NCBI GenBank assembly: GCA_012295275.1
Contig: CM022672.1
Location: 23,188,001 to 23,252,000 of the forward strand
From: Chrysomallon squamiferum
Taxonomy: Eukaryota; Animalia; Mollusca
Reading direction: 5' to 3'
Length of the DNA: 64,000 nt
A model generated the notes under the pieces. That model was not told where the DNA came from. It worked only from the letters and a program-made list of their open reading frames with translations, and ran no database searches. Of this stretch, positions 13,493 to 26,400 are shown piece after piece (the stretch's first letter is position 1; each line of letters starts with the position of its first letter). The position numbers and the translations under genes were made by a program.

Positions 13493-13936
13493 ATGATATC
13501 ATCAGTACTCTTTGCCTTGGCTTGTCTTTGTGCCATAGCTAATGCCCAGTATTTCTGGCCGTGGAATCCGTACTTCTACGGTTATCCGGGTTCCGGATTT
13601 GGAGCAGGGGCTGGAGGTGTAGGAGCTGGGGTTTCAGTTGGTCCTGGTGGAGTTGGAGTCGGAGTTGGGGTTGGAGGAGTCGGAGCAGGAGCAGGAGTCG
13701 GACCCGGAGGAGTTACAGCAGGAGTTGGATTAGGACCTGGTCTTGGACTCGGATCTCTACTTGGTTCTGGACTTGGACTCGGATCTCTACTTGGTTCTGG
13801 ACTTGGAACGGGACTTGGACTAGGAAATCTTCTTGGCTCTGGACTTGGCACGGGACTTGGACTAGGAAATCTTCTTGGCTCTGGTCTTGGTCTTGGATCT
13901 CTACTTGGACTCGGGCCTGGTTTTCCAATTGGCTAG
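13493..13936 (+). CDS. GRP4: intact 147-aa secreted Gly/Val/Leu-rich structural protein
   Basis: Acceptor at 13484. Signal-like MISSVLFALACLCAIANA|QYFWPWNPYFYGYPG, a GVG/VGPGG block, GLGLG(S/N)LLGS repeats and C-terminal GFPIG. Donor 13946, acceptor 14128, AATAAA 14196. Confidence 0.92.
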   Translation: MISSVLFALACLCAIANAQYFWPWNPYFYGYPGSGFGAGAGGVGAGVSVGPGGVGVGVGVGGVGAGAGVGPGGVTAGVGLGPGLGLGSLLGSGLGLGSLLGSGLGTGLGLGNLLGSGLGTGLGLGNLLGSGLGLGSLLGLGPGFPIG

Positions 13937-15098
13937 AACTGAAAGGTAGCAATAATCAATTCTGTTTCTTACGTTGCCTGTCTCTTTTATATAACTACTT
14001 ATTAAGTGGAACATTATTGTAGGCATGTCTGAATATCTGTGTTTCTGCATGTGTGTCTGTATATCTGTCTATTACATTTATTTTCTATAATTTGTATTTG
14101 TTTTTATATTTATTTATTTATTTGTCAGACGAAGACTGGCGATAAAATTTCCTGAAATGAGAATAACTCATCCAGTTTATGGAACATTTTGAAGAAATAA
14201 AATGTAGTGCTACTAAAGCAATATGTGTCATGTTTTATTTATAAGAAAGAAATTGTTAGAAAATGCAACTATTAGTTATAATTTTAAGTAGTATAATAAA
14301 AAAAGACTAAATACTTACCTTACACTGGAAACGACTGACTTGATAAAGTCTGTCTAATTTTGAATCTTCTCTGGCGATGACATTATGTTACAAAGATAAC
14401 AGATTTATCAATCAATAGAAATTAAGTGAAAACAACCAGAATCCTCAGAGAAATAACAGAAGGCCCAAAATAGAGATACTAAAACCCCCTCAAAAACAAG
14501 TAAAAAAATAAAGAAAAAAAAAAAAAAACAGTAGAAAAAGAAAAAAAAAAAAAAAAAAAAAAAGAAAAAAGTGACCAAAAAAAAAAAAAAAACAAAAAAA
14601 AAAACAACAACCAGAATGCAAATTCAAAATAATAAAATAGAAATATCTTACAACAACAACTAATATTATTATTATTATTATTATTATTATGATTATTATT
14701 ATTATGATTATTAAAATTTCGATATTATATAAACTGTAGAATTGCCAGGTCTTTTGTGTTCTTTATTTTTACATTTACACATACGGAATGTAAAGAGACA
14801 TGTAGATAAAATGTAAATATGGAATAATTAAGTTGCTTTCCTGAGAGTAACGGATGGTTCGAATAGCTGCAGCGAAACCCAATATTTGAGTCTGATGGAT
14901 CAGAGAAGGACTGAACAATTAACGAAATATAAAAATATAATTTAAGAACAGGAAATAATAACATTGATAAACATTTATGACAGGAAAGAAAACAATTTTG
15001 TATTTTCTCCAAAAAATCAAAAGCATGTTCTGTAACTTTGTTCTTGCTTTAGTAAAAACACACGCTTGCGCCCAAGCAATAGCAATAACTTTAAAATA

Positions 15099-15334
15099 CA
15101 GGGTGTCCACAAAGTCTGGGTACAAAAGTAAAATAAATAGGTTGTCTATTAGGGTGTCTAAGGTTGAATTTGTTCTGCAACTTTGCGATAAGACCATCCT
15201 TCTCGTCCACTTAAGAGTACCAACTCGATTCTTTCTTCTTTAGACAGAGCCATCATTCGATCTGGGTAAGAAAAATAACATAAATAAATAACATAGTAAA
15301 ATTCCCCATGTACCCAGACTTTGTGGACAGCCTC
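15099..15334 (-). mobile_element. 236-bp Tc1/mariner-type non-autonomous element with TA target-site duplication
   Basis: 26-bp TIRs (cagggtgtccacaaagtctgggtaca / tgtacccagactttgtggacagcctc) flanked by TA. Empty paralogous sites ttaaaaTAga.gtttgaagaactcacc occur at ~5762 and ~10351. The minus strand encodes a transposase-like N-terminus, MALSKEERIELVLLSGREGWSYRKVAEQ. Confidence 0.88.
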
Positions 15335-17017
15335 TAGAAGCTTGAGGAAGTCACCTAAAGTATTGGGAAAAAAAAAACAAGAAGGAAAGAACATCACACA
15401 AACTGCCGAACGAACGAAAGAAAAGAAACAATATCTGGAAAATTAATGATAAATCGTTAATACAAAACAAACATAAGAGAACGAAATAAAAGGAAGAAAT
15501 AAAGGAATGAAAAACAAACTTTATCAACCGAAAATATAAAAGCATCAAAAACATTTTTTTTAAAAAGAAGAAGAAGAAGAAGAAAAAAAAAAGAAATGAA
15601 AAATAGGTTTGTCTTGTTTTATCAATATTTGTAATATATCTGTTTATTGAAACTAAAAAGTAAATTGCAGCTGCTTGTTTTTGATATTCGTTTCAATTGG
15701 TTTCCTAATCAATCTACTAAACTAAAACCCATAATGAATATAACAAAAATAAGAAAAAAACAGAAGAAAAACAATACCCTTGATATGCTTTTCTGAACAA
15801 ACTACTAATCATAAACCTAAACAAAATACAGAAAATATAAGAATTACAGAAACAAGGAATTACAAAAAAAAAAAAAAAAATAAAAAATAAAAAATAAAAT
15901 GAAGAAACAAATCCCAAACAAAAGATTGAATGGAAACAAAGCTTTCTAAGAAATAAAGTCATTCATATGCTCAAATTGTGATTTACAGCGTTACACAATA
16001 AAAATAACTAAAATTAAAAATATTTATTTATCAGAGTTATTTCTGGTTGTTTTAAAAATTAACATTAATAATTAAAACCTTTTTTTTTAATGATTCCTGT
16101 TCCTGAATAAGTTTTAAATCTGGATAATATCTAAAATGAACTGGAAGGGTAATACAGTCCAAAGACATCCCCTAAACCTTTTCATTACAAATAGGTTTTA
16201 AGAGCAAAATATCAAATGTTGAGAATACCAAAGCATGATACTTGACTGATGGAAACATGATACAGTATATCCGAGATTCTGTTACAGCAGTATAGTGTGA
16301 CTGCTGAAGTGGTAACTGAAGGTTATTGGCAAATCATGATATCTGAAGCGTCACTAAAGATACTAACGAGACTAAAGAACTGATTGTTGATGTCCTTGTA
16401 ATGTTTAATGATAATGTTGATGAAGAAAATGCCTCATTCATTGCTATAATTTGGGTTTAGTTTCTTGGTCGCTGACACTACGGATATTACAGAGATCTCG
16501 TCTGCATCATCTTTCTCACCATTTTCAAACATGTATGATGATGTAATCACCTAAACCATCCCATCATGGCAAAATGCTAAGGAGGAGGTGATTCTTGGGT
16601 ACCTGCTAAATATTACAATTTATTTTACATTAATACACCCATGCAGATTATATATACATAAATATATAGTGTTATGAAATGTTACTCGCTAAACATTATA
16701 TATATATATATTACAAAATACTAAGGTCTATGAGTTGACCTTTGTTTACCTTTCTTTACTTTCCCATGATGTAATTTATTAAAAAGATTATGTGAATGGG
16801 AATTTAGTTCACACAACTAATTTATGTAATTAATGAATAAATAACAGAGAAACCTGAGCTGTAATTATGAACGGTAACATGCTGTAGATTCCTCTGCACC
16901 ACTTCAAACAGTTCTGTACATTTGGAAAAAATATATTGCTTAATATTTTACACCTGATGCCCATTACTGCTGAACAGTTAATTTCAGCTTGAAAAATTTA
17001 CTTGGTATACGAGCAAA

Positions 17018-17073
17018 CTGAGTTACGAGCTCGATCACGGAACGAATTAAACACGTAAGTCAAGGTACCACTG
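17018..17073 (-). mobile_element. Terminal fragment of the pogo/Tigger-like element at 60113
   Basis: ctgagttacgagctcgatcacggaacgaattaaacacgtaagtcaaggtaccactg is the reverse complement of 60113-60168 with few mismatches. Confidence 0.75.
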
Positions 17074-17718
17074 CATTTAAAAATGATATTCAGTATGTCT
17101 GAAATTTTGAGTGATCTCCCTACTTAGATCAATAAAGAAGGCTTAGATCATTCATTATTAACAATATAATTTGGAAATAAACAAATACCTTTGAAACTGA
17201 CAAAGCCTTTTCTTCTTAAATCCATCCCAAGATGTTAACACAACTATCAGAACCTCCAGTAGCGAATGTGTTGTATTTTGCATGAAATGCTATAGCAATG
17301 ACAGGATATATCAGCTATTGGCCATTTTCTTTTATTCTGTGACATTTGAAGGCATATTTCTTTTTCTGTATTTCTGGACTAGGAATACTCAGCTGCCACT
17401 CTTCCTGAATTGTCAATACAAATTTTCTCAATAAAATATACGCACAGACAATCAACACAGTGTCTTTTCAGTTATACCTTTCGTAAACTCATTAAAAATA
17501 ATAATATAATTAAAATTATTTTAGGGATGTAATTATTTCTAAAATTGTTTTTTATTACTGGCAATTAATCTTGTGTCAGTCAGTTACCCCATATTAATCT
17601 AAATATATATTAATATGCAATAAATTGTATCAAGTACTCAATTACAAATGCATAACGAATTTCATTCAAGAAAAAAAATCTTAACTTTAGAATAAAAATG
17701 TAATAATGCAATATAATA

Positions 17719-18408
17719 CAGTATACCCTCACCTGTTCGCGGTTCCCCATTCGCGGCCCCGCATATTCGCGGGTTAGGCTCTTAACCCTATCGCATCGTA
17801 TGCTGGTATACCAGGCGAGCGTCATAACGTCATAAAAACAAATGCTCGGTAAACCGCACAAACAATATCAAATTTTTTCAATTATTATTGCAATACAGTA
17901 CGTATTTTTTTTATAAATGCATACACTGTATATACAGTGCATATTTTTTGTGACCATGTATTAATAATGTTTTTAATTGCATATTATTACCTGAACTGTG
18001 CGTACTGTATTTATCTGTCTGTTTTGCCTTTAAATTTGTTCCACTTTCTGTCAATTCTAATACATACGGTGCAGTAATACTGTATGGGTAACTATGCTAT
18101 GCGGTGTTACTGTCCTCATGTACTTACGTTTCTTTCTGATTAAAATATGGTTTCAGTACAAAATTAAAATGTGTTTACATTATCATTACTACATTAGTGA
18201 AATACATAACTGCATGCAATATTACTACATTATTACTGTATTAATGAGTAAGAGTGTCTTTAGAAAGTGTTTGGGAAGCATTTAGTACCGTATATAATCT
18301 CATAATAGACGTTTTAAAACTGCATCCAATATTCGCGGTTTTTCGCTATTCGCGGGGTGGGGGGGGGGGGTAAAGAACGTAACCCCCGCGAATAGCGAGG
18401 GAATACTG
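17719..18408. mobile_element. ~690-bp pogo/Tigger-like MITE
   Basis: Imperfect TIRs (cagtataccctcacctgttcgcgg / ccgcgaatagcgagggaatactg followed by TA) and subterminal TTCGCGG repeats at both ends. Confidence 0.75.
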
Positions 18409-19049
18409 TATATACATTCTAACATAAAAATCAAATTCATTTTGGGAACCACCATAATTATAACTTCTTACCAAAATAATTAAAATTACTCTGGAATCCT
18501 TTTAAAAATGGAATGGCATACCATTCTTGACGCAGACTATTCAAGGATATATTTGATTGTTTATTCTTTTCATAAAATACTATATGTTATACATGCAGTC
18601 ATGCAGCACATTGATTGACTCAGTACACAGGCTGCTCTAAATTATCAAAGTAACACAAAATTTCCTCAAGAAAAAAAAAGAGAAAAAAAAAAGTCAACTA
18701 TAATAATCATAAATTCAGTGTAAAAAGAGAATGCATGCTCAATGCACGCACCCATTCATTACATACATCTGTCTGGTTTAACTGTTTTCTATTTACAAAA
18801 TATCAGTAGCTCCTCTAGATGGATATTACATTCTGATCCGGGTCACTCGTTCTGTTCTGGTTTCCTTAATCTTTGAATATCTATTTATCTGTCGCTGTGA
18901 CCAAGAACACCGCAATGTAATAAACGTAAATATAGGAATGTTTTGCGATAGAAACCTGTTTGTTTTTTTCCTTTCTTTGATGTTTTACTGTATTTTCCTC
19001 TTTTCTGTTGACTCTCTCTTCGACTGTACGTCTCACTCTCTTTCTAATT

Positions 19050-19740
19050 CAGTATTTAATCACCTCACGATTTAATCCTTGGTTTTGTTTTTACTGATCT
19101 AGATCTTTTCCTTTTATATGGTTTCTAAGCGGTGATGCGAAATGTCTGTTGAATTTTTGTTATTTGCTGGTCCTCTTCCGCCTTCTGTTTAGTCACATAT
19201 GTTAGTTATATTTCTTGTTTATTTCTATATTTTCCGGGGGTTTGTTTTCGGTCCGAATACTTTTTTGACATCATTGTTTGTGAGGGTATCTTTTTGTTCT
19301 TTGGTTAGATAATGCCCCATGTTATTTTTGAAAGTACTGGTGAGTTGTAGGCCTGTTTATTCAATAAGGTTTCCTTGAAGATTTTATTGTGCATTTCTTC
19401 TACTGGGAATCCTATCCTATATATCTTTTTATGTCCACTTCCGTCGACAGATGTGACGTCACGTTTTTGTTGTTTTTCTTATATCTCTTTTACCCACATG
19501 TTTGGTTTTCAGTCGCTGTAGTATTTCTATCTTTGGTTTTGCGGCTACCTGTTTGTTCTTTGCTTGTTTAGATAATACCCATCTTTACGCGCCGTATGTT
19601 TATTACTGGAGTTGTAGGCTTGTATTTTCAGCCAGATGTGCCTTCAGATTCAACAAGCTCCATATATCAGACCAGCTGGTCCTGATTCTTCTTTGAATCT
19701 TCTTGTGTTAGTTTTTCGTCTTTAATGCTTTGTCTGTTTC
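19050..19740 (-). mobile_element. Decayed RTE-like LINE 3' region carried in the duplicated gene unit
   Basis: Minus-strand translations of the copies give (Y/H)ISRI*DN..TS.I.A*KPY(E/K)RK.SRS and TNVTYVIE.IRRRKYTW, resembling the RTE-clade RT C-terminus (W.GH..R..DNRW....W.P...KR.RGRP). Other copies lie at ~26580-27240, ~35320-36010 and ~43440-43900. Confidence 0.55.
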
Positions 19741-20727
19741 AGTGCAGGAAAGTTGTATTTCGCTTAAGGTTAATTTGTTTATATTCTTTTAATCCTCCAC
19801 TGGTTTGTCTTTGAAGTGAGATATTTCAGTACAAAATCATGTTGCTGAAACACTGAATTCACAACAGATAAACGAAGAGTGATAATATTAACATTTACTG
19901 GGTGTTTTAATTGTTTTTTATAAAAGTGATATAAACACGAAAAACCAATTTCTTTTCGACTGGACTCAAGATATATTTTTATATATGTCGATAATGTCAT
20001 GATTCAATGTCTATAAAAACAACAAAAAGAAACAATGAAAGAAAAAAAACACCAAAAAATCTTAGACAAAAACGGAAAACAAAACAAAACAATTAAATAA
20101 AAAAACAAAAATAATTTAAAAAATTCCAACAAACCAACAAACAACAACAACAACAACAATAATAAAAAAAGTAGGAACAATAAAAGCACCAGCAATAAAA
20201 TAAAAACCAAAAGCAAAAGTGAAATAATAAAAAAAATCTCATATGGAAGAATAAAAAGAAAAATTTCGGAAGCTGAACAACTTTTATTAAAATTTTCATC
20301 TATAAATATATCTTTTCCTACCTATCTTTTGTCCGTCCATCTGTCTCTCTCTGGCTCTGTCTGTTGATCTTTTACTTTATTTATTTTAGTGTCTTGTCTG
20401 TTCCTACTGCAGTCCTCCCTCCTTAATGTTGTTAGTTTTAATTTTTATTGTTTTGAATTAATACTTTTGAAAGGCCTCTAGCTGCATGTTTATGGTAAAA
20501 CTGAGTGCAATTTATTTAGTCTTCGATCAGTCATGTTAACAATTAATCAGTAAAATGACCAAGTTATTACGAAATTTGTCAATTAATTTCTTTATTTACT
20601 CATTTTAAATGCTTGGGGATAGAAAATTATCATAAACAGATTAAGAATGGGCTTAAAATTAGAGATTCTGAATGGAAAAAAACAACAACGGAAATTAAAG
20701 TAAAAAAGGTACAGTTTATATTATAAC

Positions 20728-20832
20728 CGGAAAAGGCATCGATCAATCTTTTCACACTTTCCTTATAAAATAGGCTGTTCATTTCAGCTCTACATTTTTG
20801 CCTGTTCCAACTGCCGGTGTTTGAGCTGAAAG
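20728..20832 (+). promoter_or_regulatory. GRP5 promoter and non-coding exon 1
   Basis: CGGAA at 20728, ATCGATCAAT, TATAAAA at 20764, donor at 20833. Confidence 0.75.
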
Positions 20833-21640
20833 GTAAGAGAGAATTAAATATTTTAAAATATTTAGTCAGAAATATATTTTGTTATTGGCATAAAGTTTCA
20901 TCATAGTTTCTCTACAAGTTCTTTCTGATTTCTTTAATCAGTGAGTTCCGACACGGAACTTTAATGCTGGAATTTTAAAAGGAAATCTTTATGAAGGTTC
21001 ACTTAGAAATGATTAAGTTTTACGAGTTTGTCGGCTTTGTATAGATCTTTTTCCTTTCTTAAATGTTTGTTAATTATATTGGAATTAAATGGTGGTCAGT
21101 TTCTTTGTGTGTTTGTGTGTGTATATGTGTGTGTGTGTGTTTTGTATCTGACATTGACTAGAATTGAATATAACAGTCATATTTAAAACAAAGTACTGAC
21201 AGACGATCAGAACATCAAGAAAACAGAAAATAAAAGAATAAGAACAATAATAATAATAAAAATAATAACCGAATTAAAAAAGAAAAAGAAAAAAGAAGTC
21301 AATAATAATATATAAAATAAATCGAGAAATAAAACGAAATAAGTAATTTGAAAATCGTCATTAAAATATTAAAACCAAAAAAACAAACAAAACAACAACA
21401 ACAAAATAAACAAAAACAACAACAACAACAACAAAGAAACCTGTATCATTTAAATACATTAAATAAACTAGCCTACGGGAGAGTCTGTAGTATTTATTTT
21501 GTTCTGTTTCCTTGAAAATTCATTTGCATAAATTACAAAATATCTATTTTGGACTAAAATATTTGATGATGAAAATTACAAATGATTATGAAAACCAGAA
21601 TAAAATATAAATCGAATTTTTTTTCGCTTCAGTTTTCAAG

Positions 21641-22601
21641 ATGATGTCGTTAATACTGATTACCTTGGCTTGCATTTCTGGCACAACGAATGGGCAATTT
21701 TTCTGGCCCTGGAATGCGTATTTCTATGGTTATCCGGGCTACGGAGTTGGATCTGGAACGGGACTCGCCACATATGGAACGGGACTTGGAACGGGACTCG
21801 CTACATATGGAACTGGACTTGGAACGGGACTTGGAACGGGACTTGGAACGGGACTCACAACATATGGAACGGGACTTGGAACGGGACTCGCAACATATGG
21901 AACGGGACTTGGAACGGGACTCGCAACATATGGAACGGGACTTGGAACATTTGACTCACTCGCACTCGGAACAGGACTTGGAACTAGGAACACTTGGAAC
22001 AGGACTCACAACATTTAGAACGGGACTTGGAACATTTGGAACGGGACTCGGAACACTCGGGACATACTTGGAACGGAACGATGGAACGGGACTTGGAAAG
22101 GGACTCGCAACATATGGAACGGGACTTGGAACGGGACTCACCACATATGGAACGGGACTTGGAACGGGACTTGGAACGGGACTCACAACACTCGGAGCGG
22201 GACTTGGAACGGGACTGGGAACACTCGGAACTGGACTTGGAACGGGACTCGGAGCACTTGGAACGGGTCTCGGAACACTCGGATTGGGACTTGGAACGGT
22301 ACTCGGAACATTCGGAACGGGACTTGGAACACTCGGAACACTGGGAACATTTGGATTTGGAACTGGAACTTTGGAACGGGACTTGGAACACTTGGGACAG
22401 GACTTGGAACTGGACTTGGAAACGGGACTTGGAACATTTGGAACGGACTCGGAACACTCAGGACAGGAAACGGGACTCGGAACGGGACTTGGAACGGGAC
22501 TTGGAACGGGATTTGGACTCGGATCTTTATTTGGAACGGGACTCTTCGGAAATCATCTTGGTGTTGGAGTTGGTTTCCCACTTGTCTTGGGATACAACTG
22601 A
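21641..22601 (+). pseudogene. GRP5: Gly/Thr/Leu-rich paralogue with several frameshifts (pseudogene or mis-assembled repeat)
   Basis: Acceptor at 21632. [18 protein letters not shown]|[15 protein letters not shown] is followed by [11 protein letters not shown] repeats. The frame is lost at ~21985 (stop at 22018), with more indels near 22070 and 22370-22470. The family stop TAG is changed to TAC (GFPLVLGYN*). Donor 22605, acceptor 22839, AATAAA 22904. Confidence 0.75.
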
Positions 22602-23162
22602 AAGGTAACAATATAAAGTATTTTTCTAACGTTATCTGCCTGTCTATATATCTACTTATTAACAGTTACATTCGTGTAAGCATGTGTGTGTTTTTGTGTC
22701 TGTCTGTATATATCTATATGTGCTTGTCTGTGAATGTGTATGTATGTATGTTTGATATAAGTTTATACGTACCTACATGTGTATATAAATTTGATTTATT
22801 GTCATTAATTTTGATATGTTTTATTTATTTATTTCTCAGACGGAAACTGGCGGTAAAAATCCCGAATGAGAATAATGATCCAGTTTAGTGGTCATTTTGG
22901 AGAAATAAAATATAGTGGTACTAAAGCAAGATGTGTTATGTTTTATTTACGAGAGAGAACTATTAATTATAATTTTGAGTCGTACAGTAAAACGTACAGT
23001 GGAACCGATTGACTTCATAAAGCTTGTCTAATTCTGTGGCGATAACATTACGTAACAATAGGAAAGAAAAGAAAACAACCAGAATCCTCAGAAAAATAGA
23101 AATGGAAGAATAAAAACTAACAAAATATTTATTACTATTATTATTATTATTATTATTATTAT

Positions 23163-23201
<39 letters not shown>

Positions 23202-23984
23202 TAGTAGTAGTAGTTTTGCTGTTGTTGTTATTACTGATGTTATTATTATTATTATTATTATAATATTCTATTTGATTGGTTTTAGTAAAATCTTTTATTA
23301 TATTTTTTTAATAATATTTATCAAAAGACAAAACAAGTAAACATTAAAGAGAAACCAGAAAAAAAAGAAAAAAAGAAATAAATGAAACAACATAAAAAAC
23401 AGTCAAAAAACAAAGCAATGTTCCAACGAATAAATAAATAAATAAATAACTTGAAAAAGAAAGAGAAAAAAAAAAAAAAAAAAAAAAAAATAAGAGGAAG
23501 AAAAAAGAAAGAAGAAAAGAAAGAAAAAGAACCAGTCCCGAAAAAAGAAAAAAAAACAAAAAACAAGAAAACCATAAAACAAACTAATAAAATAGAATAA
23601 TCTTTCAACAACAATAACGGTAACAATAACAATAACAATAATAATAATAACAATTATTATTATTATGATTATTATTATTATTATTATTATTATTATAAAA
23701 ATTTCGAAATTAAATGAATGTAGAATTTTCAGGTTCCCTGCATGTTCCGCATATTTACTTTTACACATATGCACTGCATAGAGACATGGAGATAAAAAGT
23801 ACATATGGAATATTTCAGTTATTTCCCGAGAGTAACGTATGGTACAAAAACCTGCAATGGAACCTGATATTTGACACTGATGGGCCAGAGAAGGACTGAA
23901 CCATACAACGAAGATACTGCACAGTCAGATATATCTTCTGCAAATCGAACTTTATGTTTTTGCTTTTCTCTGGTTTAAACTTGA

Positions 23985-26400
23985 ACCATTTCCCAGCTTC
24001 TATACGAAGTTTGATATTACTTGTTCTAAATTTAAATAATTTCAAGCATTTTTTATTGACACCTTTAACAGATAATTTTCTACTATAATTTCTTCTTTAA
24101 ACGTTCTATAATTAATACCTTTATCTCTGTTTCATTTTTGTGAGAACTGATCACATATGTTACATAAACTACATACGCCTTGGCATAGCTTTTATAGAAG
24201 ATAACGAAGGACTTGATACAGCATTTATACTATGGTTATACGATAACAACATGAAAAGCACACCAGACAGTTTAAATATTTACAGTTAACAAACCTTTCA
24301 CCAAAATGAAATCATTCTTGCTTTAACACTTACAAACAACGGATATCTCCTTAATTCACCATAAACCACAAAACTCGGTGTTGTCTTGTAAAACTTGAAG
24401 TGACGTCTTTCAAATGTATCGAATTACTGAAGCACTAGCGTTGACATCCATATAATAATATTGGTTTTATATCTTGTCAAATAAATCTAAATGACAGTCG
24501 ATTGATAAATTAAATTCTCTACATTGTTTTTTTAATGCAGCAAACATTGACTCTGAAGCTCGGTTGATTAAATCTTTCTTAGTATTTATGAAGGATCCAG
24601 ATTTACTTAAAACAAACTCGAGATATGTATTTTATGTGAATCTAAAAGTATTTGTTTTTAAATTGTCTCTGGAAATTAAAAAATCTAATCTTTTGAATTG
24701 GCAGCATTGAGATTTAACTTCCATCATTTACAAGACATTTCTAAACAGTGCAAATGATATTGTAAATCATTTTTTGTTTCCGCTAATTGTACAGTATCAT
24801 CAGCATATAACAACACAAATAACTTAAAATACACATTAATATTTTTCGCAAGAAAATCTGTTACTGATTCAGTACTTTAAAGTTTTCTGTGGCTAAACAA
24901 TTTGCTAAATCATTTAAATATAGTGAAAATAAAAAAGTGATAACTTTTCCCTTTGCCTTACTCTAATATTGCACGGAATATAATTTTATGTAAAGACGTT
25001 ATGTACAATTCTTGATTTTATACCGTCGTATTAAATATATTCTGAAACATTTCCCATTAATATGATAACTTAATATTGTTTTCCATAAACCAATACACCA
25101 TACACAATTCATATTTTTCTTCTTTCTTTTTAGTAATTCAAATAAAGTATGAAGTACAAAAACATTATCAGTTGTAGAGTAGCCTTGTCGAAAACCAGTC
25201 TAATTTTTACCCCAGTAATTCAATTTGACCAGAGTATACCATCAGTATATTATTAATTACAGATGTAAATAAGTTTCCTAAACCACTTACTAATATAATA
25301 TATCGGTAATTTCTTGAATCATGCCGACTACCGTTTTCTTATATATAGACACTGTATTTCCTTCCATCCAAGCTGTAATAATTATATCAATACTATTATC
25401 ATTTGTATGAATAGTATTCGAGTTTAATATTTTCCATTAATCTTTTGGATCAGTCGATCTTAGTCTTTTCAGTTTATTTTTTATATTCATTCTGTAAGTT
25501 CTTAAACTTTTGTCCAGGATTTTCTAATAGATGTATTCAGTTTTAGTTACTTCCCTTTTGAAAATAGCAGAAGCACATTTCTTATACAATGTTTTTTTTT
25601 TTTGTCAGGGAGTTTTACATTCTTTTGGTAAACCATGCTTTACTTATTGTGAGCTTTATAGAATTTCTTCCTGTATATTTTATAGGACAAAATGTACATT
25701 GTGTAGCTGTTCCAAACGTATTGCTGAGTCTATGAATTAATTCATTAAAAAATCTGACATTTATATTAATAAACTCACTATTATTTAACTGACAATTTAT
25801 TTCATGCACTGTAATGCTATTAACATTACTACGGAAATCATCTTTTTAAACTGTTATTCCACCTCTCTGTTTTCTCGGAACTTTGAAAAGCAATACATTT
25901 TTCATTAACAGTGTTTATATTTTGTTTAGGTTTTACTTTAATAGACAGCGGACAGTAAATTTTAGAAAAAGGTCTTGAAAATTCTAAGATTCAGAATTCA
26001 TCAACCAAACTGAATAAATCACAACCAATACAATAATTCACAACACTAGAATTTTTAAAGATAAATTTACCAAAATGTCTGGTTTATCCGTCTCAGTCAT
26101 TGAGAATATATAGATTATTATAATTTCACAAATCGCGAAGTATATTGCCATAATTATTTTCTTTTGGTTCCATACTTTTTCTTTTAAAAGGAATGTTAAA
26201 TAGTTCTAATTTGTACGAGTCAGTAAACTGTTCAATACTTTCATCCTCTGTGTTATTAAATATGCATCGTTAGACACGCGGCTATTAAAATCACCAAACA
26301 ATTAATTTCAGAAACAGAAATTTTATTATCCGATCTACCAACACAGTGGCAGTGACATTGACTTTATTCTCATAAACTGTAGTATTACACTACAGAGAAG
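23985..26400 (-). mobile_element. Degenerate CR1/L2-like non-LTR retrotransposon ORF2 (APE endonuclease and reverse transcriptase)
   Basis: Minus-strand motifs FGDFNSRV (~26290, APE), GFRQGYSTTDNVF, LFSLYLNDL, LFVLLYADDTV (RT catalytic motif, ~24800) and C-terminal KFRTSNIKLRIEAGKW, with many stops and frameshifts. Confidence 0.85.

Noticed and set aside
13582-13851. Pro-rich antisense ORFs (PSPSP, PVPSPVP, PNPNP) at 9310, 13582, 21739, 21956 and 49474
   Set aside because: The reverse complement of GGN-rich repeats automatically yields Pro/Ser-rich frames.
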